A stretch of DNA of 64,000 bases from Oikopleura dioica (GCA_907165135.1 OU015566.1:186001-250000); one strand, 5' to 3'; counted from the first letter of the stretch, positions 36,631 through 51,000 are shown. Notes: generated by a model from the sequence alone, not told the origin. Numbers and translations are program-made.

Positions 36631-37407
36631 AAATGGTATTTATATCCATTTTAATTATTGACTTTTGCACTTATCCCTGAGGTCGACAACTTGCCAACGT
36701 AAGAAAACAAGGCAAGACAAGTTACTTGCCATGGCAAGTTATAGAAATTGCTTGTTCTTGCAAGAAAATTTCGTGTAATTTGCAAGTTACTTAAACAAAC
36801 GGAGTTCCAGCTCTGGGTCGACAAAAAAATTATTTTTGACCCCTTTTAATTCTGCTTATATTGTTGGAAACTCCGATTAAAAAAGAAACGTTATTGGTTT
36901 CTAAATCACTAAAAATTTTAGTTATTTTTTTCGCCCAAAATCAATCAAATTGTGATTTTGATTGCTTTATATTATTTCAAAATCATTTCTTCATAATTAA
37001 AAATTTTAATCAATAAGAATTTTTTTTCTCGGATTTTATTTTCTTTCCCAAATTTTTTCTAGAAGATCATAATTATTATTTACGTATGTAGATACATAAT
37101 CCAAATATTTCATAAAAAGATGATTGCGAAAATCAAAAAAATATTTCAAAAAAGAGGTAAGGTACATTATTTTAACCATATTAGTCAGAGAGACATTTAG
37201 TCTTTTAAGGAGGTGAATAAATTTATATTATTTTTAAAAATTTGAACCACATTTTTGAATTCCTCATCAAAAGATAAAATTTTTTGGAACAGTGGCGTGC
37301 GTGGCTGCCGCCCTATTTGAGGGTGCATGATTTCTGCTTTTTCTGAAATTGGATAAAATCGTGAAGCGTTGCCGCCCTGTCTAGAAGAACTCTGATAGTG
37401 CGGGACC

Positions 37408-38532
37408 CAGAGTTGGAAATGAAGTAACACGTTGCTACTTCATTACTACATTATTACCACGGCTCCGGAAAACTGCTACTACCTACTACCATTACTACAA
37501 AAAAAATGGACCATGGTAGTATGTAGGATGTAGTCAACAGTTTACTACGAACAACTTCCAGGAAAATAACTATTTATTTAAGTTTATGAAGTCAAACTAG
37601 ATCCGTTGTATTCTAATTAACATTTTTAAATATAGAAAAGAGACATAGATAATACGAAATAAAATTAAGACGTCTCTTCTTGAGAAAAATTTGCGAAAAC
37701 TTGCATATTTCCAAAAATCTTTTTATCTTTCGAACCGGATGTATTAGTGTAGTATTACTTCACACTTCTGAGAAATCGTATCTTTAGTTGACGAGAGTTC
37801 AATTATCTTTCATTTATTTAGCATAATAATGGGTTTTGTAACCCGTTGACGCTAAGTTAGAAGACGGCGACGGGAAGCCGCGAATTCATAAATGCGTGAT
37901 TTATTGTAGAATCAAGTCCTGAGGTATAGAAATCTGGCAGTAGAGAGAGACCAATTAGTGACCGGTCAAGCAAGTGTCACATGGGAAATTGGTGGAGCGG
38001 GAGGTATTTGATAGAACTATGCATGTGAGTGTGCGCTCACCCATAAATGGATGAGCGATGAGTGTCAATTCTAGCGCAAGCGCTAGAATATGCCTTATGG
38101 AAGTATAAGCGAGTATGCAAAACCCAATAATATGCTTTTCGCCAATTACGGCTTCTTCAGTGCTACAGACAAATAGCTGGAAAAAAATCAGAAACATAAA
38201 AGCTGTTACCTTTTTAGTTCTGTCTTTGCATCTTAAAAGGTAACAGCTTTTATGTTTCTGATTTTTTTCCAGCTATTTGTCTGTAGCACTGAAGAAGCCG
38301 TAATTGGCGAAAAGCTTATGCTAAATAAATGAAAGATACTTCTGAGAAAGTTTCATTTCATTTATTTAGCAGAAGCTTTTCGCCATGACGGCTTCTTCTG
38401 TTATTGAACTCTCGTCAACTAAAGATACTTCAGAGAAAGCTACTACATACTACCATTACCACCGTCCGATGTAGTAAAATTTAGTAATTTACTACATTAC
38501 TACGTTACTACCCTACTTCATTTTCAACTCTG
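37408..38532. mobile_element. hAT-like CAGAGTT-family composite MITE with an internal 81-bp hairpin
   Basis: TIR CAGAGTTGGAAATGAAG / CTTCATTTTCAACTCTG. TSD GCGGGACC on both sides. Confidence 0.88.
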
Positions 38533-40540
38533 GCGGGACCACCGCATGCCACTGTACCTTGCATTTTTGATTTGCCCACGGTAAATCTTAAAACAATTCA
38601 GTTAAACTTTAAATATGAGCATTTGCCGATTATTCTAACAGGTCTAACAAAACAATCTCAAATGAGTCTTGCTTGCTCAAATGTTTTTTGATAGTTAATC
38701 ATTTTCAATAAAAATTTATGACTCTTTGCGACTTTTGCAGAACTTGCGGTTAAAAATGTGTATAAATGTAGATTTTTGTAAAAATCGGGTTTTTCGACAA
38801 AAAAATTTATTGAAGGCAAAGACCCTTAAATTTTCGTCATGTAATATTGCCCATGTTTTTCTTTTGACAAAGAGTATTTTTAAATTTCGGTGAAACCAAG
38901 AATAGGAACAAATAAGGCAGCGTAGGTAGTAAGTGCTGAAAACGAAAATGCAATTTTTAGAATGAAGCCCCCTTGAAATAATGCTCTGGGTCGGGTGTAG
39001 AGCGCCCAGGTTCACAATTGTGAACCCGGTTCACAAAATTTTTAAAAGAATGAAATCAGGGATCTTTATGCGCTCCGCGCCTGATTTCATAAGGAAACTC
39101 ATTTTTGACGTTATAAGCTTTCTCTACAATCGCACCTTAAGTCAATTAGAGTCACTTTTTTGGCCAAAATTGAACCAGGTTCACAAAATTGTGAACCAAC
39201 CGATTGTGAACCTGTGCACCCGCCACCCTCTGGGTCTCTCCTCGGGATAGCTATCTGACAATTAATTTTATTTCATTCGTTTCTCAGTAAAATATTAAAC
39301 GATGAAGCCCGCTCAGCGGGTAAAACAATGGATACAGTATCCAGGATACTCCATATTTTCTATAAACTAAGATTTTTGGTCTCAAATTGCAACTTATTCT
39401 AGTCCTCCACTTTGGAAATACTGTTTCTATGAAAGAAACTATGATAGAAACTTTCTATCAATAAAATGGTATCTTTAAAAAAATACAAATATAAGGCAGA
39501 ACTTTAAAAAAAATTGTCTGCCGAGTTTGCCGAATTAAGGTCTTTTCCGTATGGGTTCCTTTTCTTGGTTTGTGCCTGTTCAGTCGGGTTTCCAAAGTTT
39601 CGTCCCAAAATTTAAATTCGATGTTTAACTCGTCAACCCAGCCTATAAACCTCTTTTAAGGACTGCTTTTCTGTGTTGCCGGTTTATATTTCCATCTCTT
39701 GCGTTCGGCGATGGTAGGCAGAAACATGACTGAGGAGCATGTAGGAACAGAGTTAATAGTATAGTTACATGTTGCAACTACATACTACAATAACTACAAC
39801 CAGAATATATCACTCACATTTGTTAAACCGCACATTTGTTGAGTTTCGCTGAACGCATATTGCGCGGATACCTGCGTAGCGCTTTTGAAAGGTTCTAGCG
39901 TCGATTCATTAAAAGATTAAAGAATTGTTAATATACCTAATTAACGCGTGAACGCATATTGCGCAGATTTCTGCGCAGAGCCCCTTTAATGCTCGATATC
40001 TCATACTTTACTTGACCAAAATTTTAAATGAACCTCAACTTTAGGAGCTCTTTTTCGATGAGGAATCCGAATCTGGCATCGAAAAAATTTTGACTTCAGG
40101 ATAAAAATTTGGCTTCAGAACGAAAAATTCCGAATTTTTCGAATAATGTTTTGTTAGCATTTTAACAGCTCTTCATTACTTTTTCCGTCTATAAAAAATA
40201 TTTTTTCGACGTTTTATCGCATATTTGCATCGAATCAAATATAAATTTATTAGCACTATTTTTAGCAAGGTTTGGGTTAGGGTTAGGAATTTAAACTATT
40301 ATGAGCTTGTTCGCAGGCGTCTGAGCTTTATTTTGGTAGCTTTGGTCTTTTCAAATCTCGACCACAATCGGCGCTAGATCGCTCTAAAGGCCATGCGCAG
40401 AACTCTGCGCAATATGCGTTCAGCAGGAAAAAATTTCGTGCGTTCATACGTTTAAACTGAGACGCTTGGCAAGCAGAAAATTTTAGTATTGCAGATTTGC
40501 TTTATTGTTGTTGGATTTCTTTATTTCAAACTCTGATAAG

Positions 40541-43483
40541 GAATGCTGCTCGATTTTCCAGAAAACTTCTTTGAAAACGGTTATCTTAATAATCGTGCTG
40601 TTGGTATTTGCGATGGTGATTATCAATATCTCGTTAACAAGCAAACAGATCTCAGGTTAGTATAAAAACTTATTTTCGACTTTTTTTGATTCACACGTTC
40701 AATTTAACCCGTTAACAGCCCCGTGGAGATTTAATCTCCACGCGTGGAAATGAGTAACCAATCGCGTGTGCGGGTTCATGATTTGAATCAATCACCGACG
40801 GGCTCTTGCGTAGGCAAAAGCCTACTGCCCTGTTAACGGGTTAACGTTTGAAGTTCAAACGCATATTGCGCATTTGCCACGTGTTCAAGCATGGGGAAAT
40901 GTGCGAACGACTTGATTGACTGAAAAATACGTCAGTCAGAATTAACAACCGCATTTGAAGAGTTCGAGTGCCATTTTTGGAATTTCAGGAATTTTTGTAA
41001 ATGTTGTCCAAGTCAAGCTCTGTGTAAACAAGGTTCTTGCCAAAGTGAGGCCTACTCATAAAACACGCTGACGATTCCTAGAATAAAACTGTTAAAAAGA
41101 CAATGATCGCGAAAGACTTTTAAAGAATAATTCTCTCTATAAATCTAAAATTAATAACTAAAAATTATATTTATTTTTAGATCGCCGAAATTGCCACCCA
41201 GCCACGTCACCTACACCAGATGTCAAAGCAGATTTATCCCCGATACTGATGGCCTCATTTTTGATTTTGAATATTTCGACATTGGCCCCAACGAATATGT
41301 TGTTTTCACAGATGAAGGCAGAGTTCAATACTGGTTTAGTGGATCATTATCGGTATGTTTTTTTTTGGATATTATATCTGGGAGATAATTTACGCTTCGC
41401 GCCTTATTTGAACCAGAGTTCGTTATTTTGACAAATATTGCACCTCCCAGCTATGTATTGGATCATTATAAAGAAAGTTTCATTATAAAGAAAGCTTCAT
41501 TATAAAAAAAGCATCATTATAAATCCCTTTATAATGAAGCTTTTCTTTAATGTAATAGGTAGTAAACAGGTAACTACGATCTACTACCACAAAAATAATC
41601 AAAAATAAAAATTTATAAAGTCAAACTAGATCTGTTGTATTTCAATTAATATTTTTAAAGATAGAAAAGAGACATAGTCTATGTCACATAGATGATGCAA
41701 AAAAAAGACGTCTCTTCTTGAGAAAAAATTGCGAAAAATTGCAAATTCCCAAAAATCTAGCTCTAGAACCGGAAAAATTTAATGTAGTATTGCTACACTA
41801 TAACTACAGTATTACTTCATTACTACCTACTTCTGAGAATTCTACTACATACTACCAGGGTTCGAAATGTAGCAATATTTTGCTGCTACATGCTACAAGT
41901 GCTACATCCCTCAAAAAATATCCCTGCTACATGCTACATGTGCTTCATTCTCCTTTAAAAAACCGCTGCTACATGCTTCACTTGCTACATTAAATTTTGC
42001 CGATCTGCTACCATTTTCGATTAGATCTCAATTATATATGAATTTTTTTTGGTTTTCAATTTCTTAAAAGCAAAATAGATACAAATGAAGCTAAATATCA
42101 TCACTTTCAATCAAAAGAGACATTTAAATATATTTGCTATGAATAAATCATCTCTTTTGATAATAAAAATCCTCACGTCCAGAAAAATGTAGCAATGTAG
42201 CAAGCTACACTTTGCTACACGCTTTTTGAACGCTGCTACATGCTTCACCTGCTACATGTAGCAAAAATATAGCAATTGCTACATTGCTACATTACTACAC
42301 TGCTGCATTATGAACCCTGATTACTACCGTCCGATAAAGTAAAATGTAGGAATTTACTATATTACTACGTTACTACCCTACTACATATCGACTTTCGAAA
42401 AAAACTTCTCTCTAGTCTCATTTGTCTTGTGCACTTCTGAAAATCGCTAATCTAAGTCTGTCGAGACTAGTCTGAAGATTTTGTCAGATAGATTTTAAGA
42501 AAAAAGAGCGCCATGAATTATGATTGATTATTTTCCAATCGAAATTTTGTCGTTAAAGGACCTCCCTGAAAATATCAAATCTAGTGTAGATTTTTCTCCT
42601 CTTTGATCTCCAATTTGAATTTTTTTCATATCATAATTTTTGAGTTCAGGAAGGAGAAAAAGTGACGCTCAACTTCAAAAGGAATCAGCTCCTAAAATAC
42701 TTGTCACTCGAAGTTAAAAATACCTTCATCAAAAAGCGCATTCAATTTTGATCTGGTCCAAGTTCGCGTGGTCTTTAACTTGAGCTTATACCGGTCATAA
42801 TGAGGGGATTAGTGCAGTAACTCGGTGTGAAGCCGGGGTCGCGCAGCGTGGAGCGCGCCTATTCAGACAAAATAGTGCAAATTCCCAGCCGCGCGAAGGG
42901 GGTTTCTTGATAAATCCTCTGATTACGATCTTATACAAATAAAAATCGAAGACCACGCGAACTTGGACCTGGTCAAAATTGAATGCGCTTTTTGATGAAG
43001 GTATTTATAACTTCGAGTGACAAGTATTTTAGGAGCTGATTCCTTTTGAAGTTGAGCGTCACTTTTTCTCCTTCCTGAACTCAAAAATTATGATATGAAA
43101 AAAATTCAAATTGGAGATCAAAGAGGAGAAAAATCTACACTAGATTTGATATTTTCATGATATTTGAAGAAAGTAAGAAAAAGTTCTGCGCTCGTGAAAA
43201 GGGGCGCGAGCTTGCTGCGGGTGGTCCCTTAAGAACCCTAAAAATTTAATATGCTTAACTGGCAGTTAAAAATTTTATTTTTCAGGGAATTCGATTTTCT
43301 TTCTTCTCTTCATACGTTGATGTTGGTTTTGTCTCTTATGAACAAAGCGAGGATACCCTTGGATTTTCAATCAAGGTCAGCAAAGGATACGACATACACA
43401 AGGACATCGAGAAGTTTGTGCTTCCTTATACATGCATCAAAAGCAGCTTCATCAATTTCATGAAAAGATGGAATATCAACTAA
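40541..43483 (+). CDS. CUB-domain-like protein, 5' end uncertain
   Basis: Exons 40541-40655, 41181-41352, 43286-43483 are GT-AG and phase-consistent. They give CDGDYQYLVNKQTDLRSPKLP...YTRCQSRF...FDFEYFDIGPNEYVVFTDEG...FSG...GFVSYEQSEDTLGFSIKV, a CUB-like pattern. Possible upstream exon ends at 39713. Confidence 0.65.
40708..40840. mobile_element. piggyBac-type MITE
   Basis: ttaa|CCCGTTAACAG ... CTGTTAACGGG|ttaa. Confidence 0.85.
42557..43228. mobile_element. TTAA-flanked element with 209-bp internal inverted arms
   Basis: Arms 42567-42775 and 42949-43157 are near-perfect reverse complements. Confidence 0.8.
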
Positions 43484-44032
43484 AAAAATCTTTATTTCTG
43501 TCTCGCCGTTAAATTAAAGAAAGAAAAAAATATAACTGTATTCGTTCTTATTAGTTGAAAAGAGTATTTTCTTATTACCTCCTAACTATCAGTTCTTGAC
43601 TATAGACTAAAGGCATTTACCAATCTCTTGAGAGTCGAGGCCAGAATTCTAAATAAACTCGAGTCGAGTTGAGTTACTTGACCACGTGAGGTACCGCTCG
43701 AATCAACGTGATTTATGAATTGTGGGGTTGGCTTGTTTGTAATTACCTAATTTTTTGGCCCGTTTTGAACTAATAATGACATTCTTTCCAAGAAAAGGCG
43801 CAGAGCGCACCAGAGCCCCTGTTAAATTAAAATTCTGAAACATTGTTTTCAAGTGCAGCTCAACGGTCTGCATTTCAGGTTATGCACTCTTAATAAAAAT
43901 CATATAAATTGATATGTAACAGATAGTTCAAGTGCGCTTCGCTCCTGATCTTAGAGAACAAATCGTTTTTAAGTCTTTTGGAACCAATTAAGCCTCAAAT
44001 TTCTCCAATTTAAATCAAGAATGCATAACCAG

Positions 44033-44850
44033 TAGGGTTGGCCAAAAAAATCGAAAGTCGTGCGAGTAACACGAGTCACCCCTCATTCGAAGCGCCTTTT
44101 CTTGGGGTTCATTTTTATATATAAATGAAATCGGTCACACAACGGGAAAACATTGAAAAAAATATTTTTTGAAAATTTCGATTTTTTCGATTTTTAACAA
44201 AAAACCTATTATTTAATGAGTCATATCTTTCGATGAGTCATGCTGACGATCATGAAACATCTTTACATGTTCACTGGCGTCTATAGTTTCGATCAAGAAA
44301 AATAGTTTTTTAAGAATTATGTATAAAACCCATAATTTAGTTTCAAACAAGAATAATATGTATTTTAAAAGCATATGGGGGTGGATGGGGTTTGGGAAGT
44401 AGCTGAGATTGATCACCTCATAGTTCCCCGCCATTGTCAAGCCCCTTAAATTTAGAAATCAAGGGACGGGGCTGAGACGGCCCGAAAGATTCGAAAAACT
44501 ACCAAAAAATCGATTTTTTCATGTTCTTAGACTTGAAAGAGAAGTCTGAACCTAATTTCCTTGAGGAAATAGATCATGTATGTACTTGATTGAAAGAACA
44601 GACGCTGGAGAATATTCTTACATGATTTATGATGACGTCAGCATGACTCATCGAAAGATATGACTCATTAAATAATGGGTTTATTAAAAAAACGAAAAAT
44701 CGAAATTTTCAAAAAAAATATTTTTTTCAATGCCTTCCCGTTGTGTGACCGATTTCATTTATATATAAAAATGATCCCCAAGAAAAGGCGCTTCGAATAA
44801 GGGGTGACTCGTGTTACTCGCACGACCTTCAATTTTTTTGGCCAACCCTA
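44033..44850. mobile_element. hAT-like element with long TIRs, nested in another MITE
   Basis: TAGGGTTGGCCAAAAAAA / TTTTTTTGGCCAACCCTA. TSD ATAACCAG at 44025-44032 and 44851-44858. It splits an element homologous to 15615-15720. Confidence 0.9.
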
Positions 44851-45816
44851 ATAACCAGGTTATGCAAAATCCACGAAAATGCATAACCTGGTTATGGCAT
44901 AACCTCAGTGCCCGACACCCGGGTCAGCTCGCAGACCCTACGCGCTCTACATCCGGAAAGACCTTAACTCGGCAACTTCGGCAGACAATTTTTTCATCAA
45001 ATTCTGCCTTTCTGCCTGTATTTTTTCGAAGAGATACCATTCGATTGATAGAAAAATTCTTTCTAAATTCGAAGGCTACAATATGTTGCAATTTATGGCC
45101 AAAAATTTAAGCTTTTTTAGCAAATATGTGGTTTTCTACCATCTGACCCGCGGATCGGACTTTATCTCTTAATTTTTCACTGAGATACGAATGAAATGAA
45201 GTTTTTTTTGTCATATAACTATCAAAAAACATATCTTGTGCTTTAAATATTTGATTGAATAAGAATTGCTGGAAAAAATGGACCGTTTTCGAGCTTTTTG
45301 TATTGACCGCCTTGTCTGCCGAGTCTGCCGAAAATTATACAATAAAAAAAATTTTGTTCGTTTCAGTGCGACGAAACAAATTCTAAAATGTCGAAAAATC
45401 TCGACTTCGTGAACTAAAATAAAAATTTTGTAAATTAAAATTAATCCCCTCAAATAAAGCTAGGACTTATTTTCTCATGAGCAAATAAGATGCCGATTCA
45501 GAGATCTCTGAGCAAGAACTGAAATAAAAATTTTATTTTTCGTCTTAATACTCCATATTACTCGCATAAAACTCCTAAGTTAACGAGCACTCATCGAAAA
45601 TAAAAAATGCATTGTCGATTCTAGAGCATATTATTATTTAAAGAAATATAATTAAAGAGTGACCTCAATTTGTTCATATTCCCAGATTGAGATAATAAGT
45701 CTTAACAAGGATGCAAAAAGAAAAATCAAACAAAAAGCTTTTCATTGGAATTCTTGTTTTCACTGTAAGAGAATTTTTGAGGTCAGCTTATTTAATTGTT
45801 TTTGAAAGCTTATCAG

Positions 45817-46049
45817 TTTGTGGAATATTCTTGGACACATAAAAGACGTGATGTCTGATGAAGTTGAGCAAAAGAGCCTTCTGGTCAAGGTACAATTTGA
45901 AGACTCGTACAATAAAACACTAGAGAGTGAACCCGAGAACTGCACAAGAGATGAGACAGACATCTTTCTCGACTTGGCTCTTCTTGAAAGAAATTATCCT
46001 GAACTGAAAGGAAAGCGGCGCAAAATAGAAGGAAAATGTATTTATCCAG
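45817..46049 (+). CDS. Probable exon of unknown function, possibly spliced to GT31-C
   Basis: Open frame LWNILGHIKDVMSDEVEQKSLL...KIEGKCIYP flanked by ttatcag| and |gtgaaa. In phase with the acceptor at 48018. Confidence 0.45.
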
Positions 46050-46139
46050 GTGAAAATGAAAAACAGTTGGTTGCCTTTTTCCCGAACTCCTTAATTATAT
46101 GTTTTATTATATTATGAACTAAGCTTAGGTCCTGCTCAG

Positions 46140-47959
46140 CAGAGTTCGAAATCTGGTAGAAAATCCGTGCTCCCGTTCCCTCCCTGCTCCCTTACCCAGA
46201 AAAAAGGGAGCTCCCTCGTAAAATATCCGTGCTCCTGCTCCCTTTTTGCTCCCAAAAAAGAGAGCTCCCATAGGGAAATTTAACTCCCTTTTTTTAAATT
46301 TCAAAAATTTTCAAAGTTTTTCATTTTAAACTTTCGAAGTCAACATCATCGTTGTCTGGTTATTATATAGCGATGAAATAAAAAGTATAAATAGGCATTC
46401 GTTTAAATGATTAAAAGGTGACGACACGTGATTCTGAGATTCTTAGGAGTAAGAGATATCTACATATCATTTTGTTCCTTAGAGCGAGCTGATTTCAAAA
46501 ATGCAAAAAAAAATTTTTTCGGTCACTTGGTTGGGCTCTGGGTCCCCAAAATCACCTTTATATTTTTTGCATTTTTGTAATCAGCTCGCTCCAAGGAACA
46601 AAATGATATGTAGATATCTCTAACACTTAAGAATTTCAGAATCACCTTCGTCACCTAATGATTAAGCTAGACTTCAATGTTTTCTTCTTCGCTAATCTTT
46701 AAAATCAAAGATAAATACATTATTTGGAAATAATAAAAAAAAATCTTGGTAGATTTTCGGCTGTTTATTCATATGAAATTTCAGAAGAGACATTTAAAAA
46801 AATATCTAATCAAAAAACGTCTCTTCTAATAAAAATCCGCGCAGACGCGGTATCCCAATCAAGATGCTTATAATCTGAGAAAAATACATTTGCTGAAATT
46901 ATAAAATCAAACTAGATGTAATTTTGGCTATTTATTTATATGAAATTTTAAAAGAGACGTTTATATCTACATAAGGGTCGGACATTTTCGGAGGATGAGC
47001 GCAGACGGAACTCAAATTTTTTCTGGAAGTACCTCAGGTCATGTACTTTCGTGTGCACGGGTTGTGCACGGGATTGCCACATTTTTGGTATTGTGATTTT
47101 TTGGGTTAAAATTTGAAAAAATGAAATTTTTCAGAATCATTTTTGTATTTTTCAAAACGGAATCTATGGTATAAAAACAGCTCTTTAACCATCCAGAACT
47201 GTCAGAAATACAATAATCAATATTCCGTGATTTCGGGCCGTCTCAGCCCCGTTCCGTGATTTTTAATTTAAGGGCTTGACGGCCCTTCGGGCCGTCTCAG
47301 CCCCGTTCCGTGATTTTTTAATTTAAGGGGCTTGACAGTGGCAGGGTTGTCCGAGGGGATCAATCTCAGTTACGTCCCCAACCCCACCCACACCCATTTT
47401 TTCACAAAATTCACATTAACCGAGTTCTAAGCTGAATTATGGCTTTTAATTTTTTAAAATTTTATTCTTTAAATTTTAAGATATAATTTCACATTCAGAC
47501 CATTTTTGACCCGAAAAAAGGTCAATTTTGAACATATTTCGCGTCCTTTTTGGTCCTCTTAGGGTAATTTTGCAAATTTTAAAATAATCGATTTTCGGCC
47601 CCTACACCCTTAATTTTAGAAATTTTTTTGCTTTTTAAGAAGTCTTTGGAGGTCCTTAAAACACCCTTAAAATATCAGTTCCGTCTGCGCTCACCTTCCT
47701 AGAATGTCCGACCCTAATCTACATCAAGTCGAAAAAACGTCTCTTCTTAGAAAACTACTATAGAATAAGTTTTTCCCAGTTTTCGGCGCGCAGATAAGAT
47801 TCTACACTAAAAATTGTTTATTTTCAAAAATTTTCAAAATTGGGAGCTCCCAATTTACTCACAGCCCAGGAAACCTGTGCTTCTGCTCCCTCCGTGCTCC
47901 CAAAAAAGAAAGCTCCCTTTTGGGGCTCCCAATTTTGCTCCAAACGATTTCCAACTCTG
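46140..47959. mobile_element. hAT-like CAGAGTT-family composite element with GCTCCC repeats
   Basis: TIR CAGAGTTCGAAAT / ATTTCCAACTCTG. TSD CTGCTCAG / CTGCTTAG. Confidence 0.85.
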
Positions 47960-48080
47960 CTGCTTAGTTAGCATACAATAATTGGATTGACGTTTAAATT
48001 CTGTTTTTCTTTTCATAGGTCAGAATAAGGGAAAATATCGAGTTCGACTTCATTTTTTGTCTGCATTTCTGAGTTCACTG

Positions 48081-51000
48081 ATGAGCTTGGGCATAGTTGG
48101 AAAAACAACCGAAACTAGCGTGCGCGTTCGCTCTTTTGTCTCCGGGTGCGCGTGCGCAAGTATTCTTCTTTACATTGTAATTGGATCTTTTAGATATAAC
48201 CTCGACTACAATGGTTTTCCCAGACCTCTAAGTTCTCATTGAAAATTTATATTATCATAGATTGGAAAATTTATATATTTTTTTAATACAGTGATAACCC
48301 AGTTTAAGGCCGGCCCTTTTAAGGCCACTTTTTGGAAAATCCCCAAAATCTGTCATCCTCAAAAAATCCATTTTAAGGCCACTTTCTTTCAATCTCTATT
48401 GATGATTTCAAAAACTTTTGTGGGGCCGGAAATCGTAAAAACTGCAAGTGCAGTTTTCTTCAGCTCCTCGAGACGAGTTGAATGATGGGTCTAACTCTTG
48501 ATAACTCTAAGGATTTACCGGTTTACCGGCTAGTTACCGGAAAATACGTTGTCACCGGCCGTTTTTGTTCTAGAAGTGGTCAACAGATGCCCGACCCAGG
48601 AAACTGTTCCTTATGGTCAGTTCTATTGCAGGCTAAAAGATGAAAGTCGTATCATTACTACGAAGAGAGTTATCACTAAAAACAGTAAATTTTGCATAAA
48701 TTTCGTTGTCGCTGCACGTTCCTGATTTTTAGTCCCATTTCCGCCAAAAATAGTATTTTAGTGATAACTATCTTCGGAATAATGATACGACTTTCATCTT
48801 TTAGCCTGCAATAGAACTGACTATAAGGAACAGTTTCCTGGGTCGAGCATCTGTTGACCACTTCTAGAACAAAAACGGCCGGTGACAACGTATTTTCCGG
48901 TAACCAGCCGGTAAACCGGTAAATCCTTAGAGTTATCAAGAGTTAGACCCATCATTCAACTCGTCTCGAGGAGCTGAAGAAAACTGCACTTGCAGTTTTT
49001 ACGATTTCCGGCCCCACAAAAGTTTTTGAAATCATCATTCAATATTGAAGCGTCACTTGAAAAAGCTTATATTATTTGACTGCGTGATGTCTCGTGTTTT
49101 ATGTTCATTTCTATTTTTTGGTACTCTTCGATAATTCTTTCTCGAATTATTTAATTGACGATGATTTCTTACGGTCCTCTTTGAATTTTCACTTGCATTT
49201 TGAGTCCAAGAATTCCAATTTATCATTATATAGGCGTGTAAAAACACGCAGATGAATTTCAAGAGCATTTTTCTTTCGAAAAAGCTCAGTTATTGTCTTC
49301 TACACGTCACTATTCTTTGACGTCTTCACTAGAACCTCTTCATATCTTTTTTCTAAGAATTTTTCATCGTGATCCTTTTTCAGACGTGTCTTTCAGATAA
49401 AATTTTTGAAATGATTTAAGAAAGAATCACCTTGAATTCAATTCAAAGGTCACATTTAGAAAAATCCATGATTAATAAACTTTATATTATTTTTTTCGAG
49501 CGAAAGAAATATGCGATAACCCTATGACCCTCATTCATAATTTCTTATCCCAAGAAAGGAAAAATTTGTCCTCATCCGACTCGAGACAAAAAATACCCAT
49601 TTTAAGGCCACTTTTGAAATCCTCTGTCATCCGAAAATCGGCCTTAAAATGGGTTTTCACTGTAATTCAAAATTTTTTTTAGATTATCCGTTTCTGAATG
49701 AGATGCTTCGTTTCAATAAGAACATGAAGCCTTCAGTTATCCAACAGCCAGATGAATGTCAATTTCAAGATTCTAGTTTACCTTCTCTGATTTTCGGAAT
49801 CAAGTCAATGCCAAAAGCGATTCAAGCAAGAGAAACTTTGAGGAGAACTTGGTTAAGAAAAGAAATATGGAAAACGCTTGGATTTGAAATCAAGGTTGTT
49901 TTTATAACTGGAAAAGACAAAGGCTGGGGTCCGCAACAAATATAGAATATTTAAAAAAGGTTTTAAAAATCTAAGCCAGGATGCTACACCGCGCTGCTAT
50001 CCTAGATATATGGTCGGAAGGGAGCCCGCGCGTAAATAGGCAAAATAGAAGAACAAACTCATCCGAGGGGCTACGGTCAGTCAGTGTTTGAAAATTTGGT
50101 CGAAACTAAGATGGGCGAGTGAGCGCGATGCTTTGATTTTTTCGTGAGTGAGCGAGTGCGAGCAGAAGCTCCAAAATTTTTCATGAGAGATTGAGCAAAA
50201 GCGCTCCCTCGTTCGCTCAAGCTCGCTCGTGAATCACGAGTTGTGATGATTAAGCGCTTGGTATTTTAGTCTCTCAATGATGGCTTCATAAGTGGCTTCA
50301 TCTGCTTAAGGGGGTGGTGGTCGAGAATATTTTTTCAACTCTTCGAAATTCTGATTTTATTTTTGAGATCCTTGATAAAAAGGGAACATTTTTTGTCCCT
50401 AGCATTTTTTGATTTGATCTAGTTTACTTAAGAAAATTTTCAATTTTATACCGGGAATTTAAGAATTTTCGAAATTTTGATTTTTATAATTTGTCCAAAA
50501 ACCGATGATAATTTTATTTTTGCTGCGAGAGATTGTTAAAATACTAGATAGGACTTATAAAAATGCAAAAATTGAGAATATTTGCCATTTTTACGAAAAA
50601 TTTAGTTCAAATTGTGTAAAAAATGACGATTTTCAGGAAAACAACATTATTATAATGAGCTCCTGCTTCCTCAAAACGATACACAATATTTATAAAACTA
50701 TCTCGCCCACACGCGCAAGGGTCTGAAGTTTAGACTCTGAACTTTCTTCAGAATAAATTTTATTTTGAAAAAAATTTAAGGGTTTCTTCGAAATTTTGTC
50801 AAGAGATAGGTCCATTCTAGAAGCATTTTTCGAGTTTTTTCCGAGAATTTATTTTTTCATACCTAGTCGCCCACATAATTTGAAGCCTTTTAAACCCATT
50901 TTCGTTGCAAAAAGAAAAAAAAATTTTGAAAAATTTTGAGGTAATTTTGTTGAAAGAAATCCGATTCTCGACCACCACCCCCTTAAGAGCTTCATTTGCA

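Noticed and set aside
40544-40655. Alternative frame resembling a type II TM anchor (CCSIFQKTSLKTVILIIVLLVFAMVII...)
   Set aside because: Only the other frame stays in phase with the downstream CUB-like exons. The hydrophobic frame leads to no recognisable domain.
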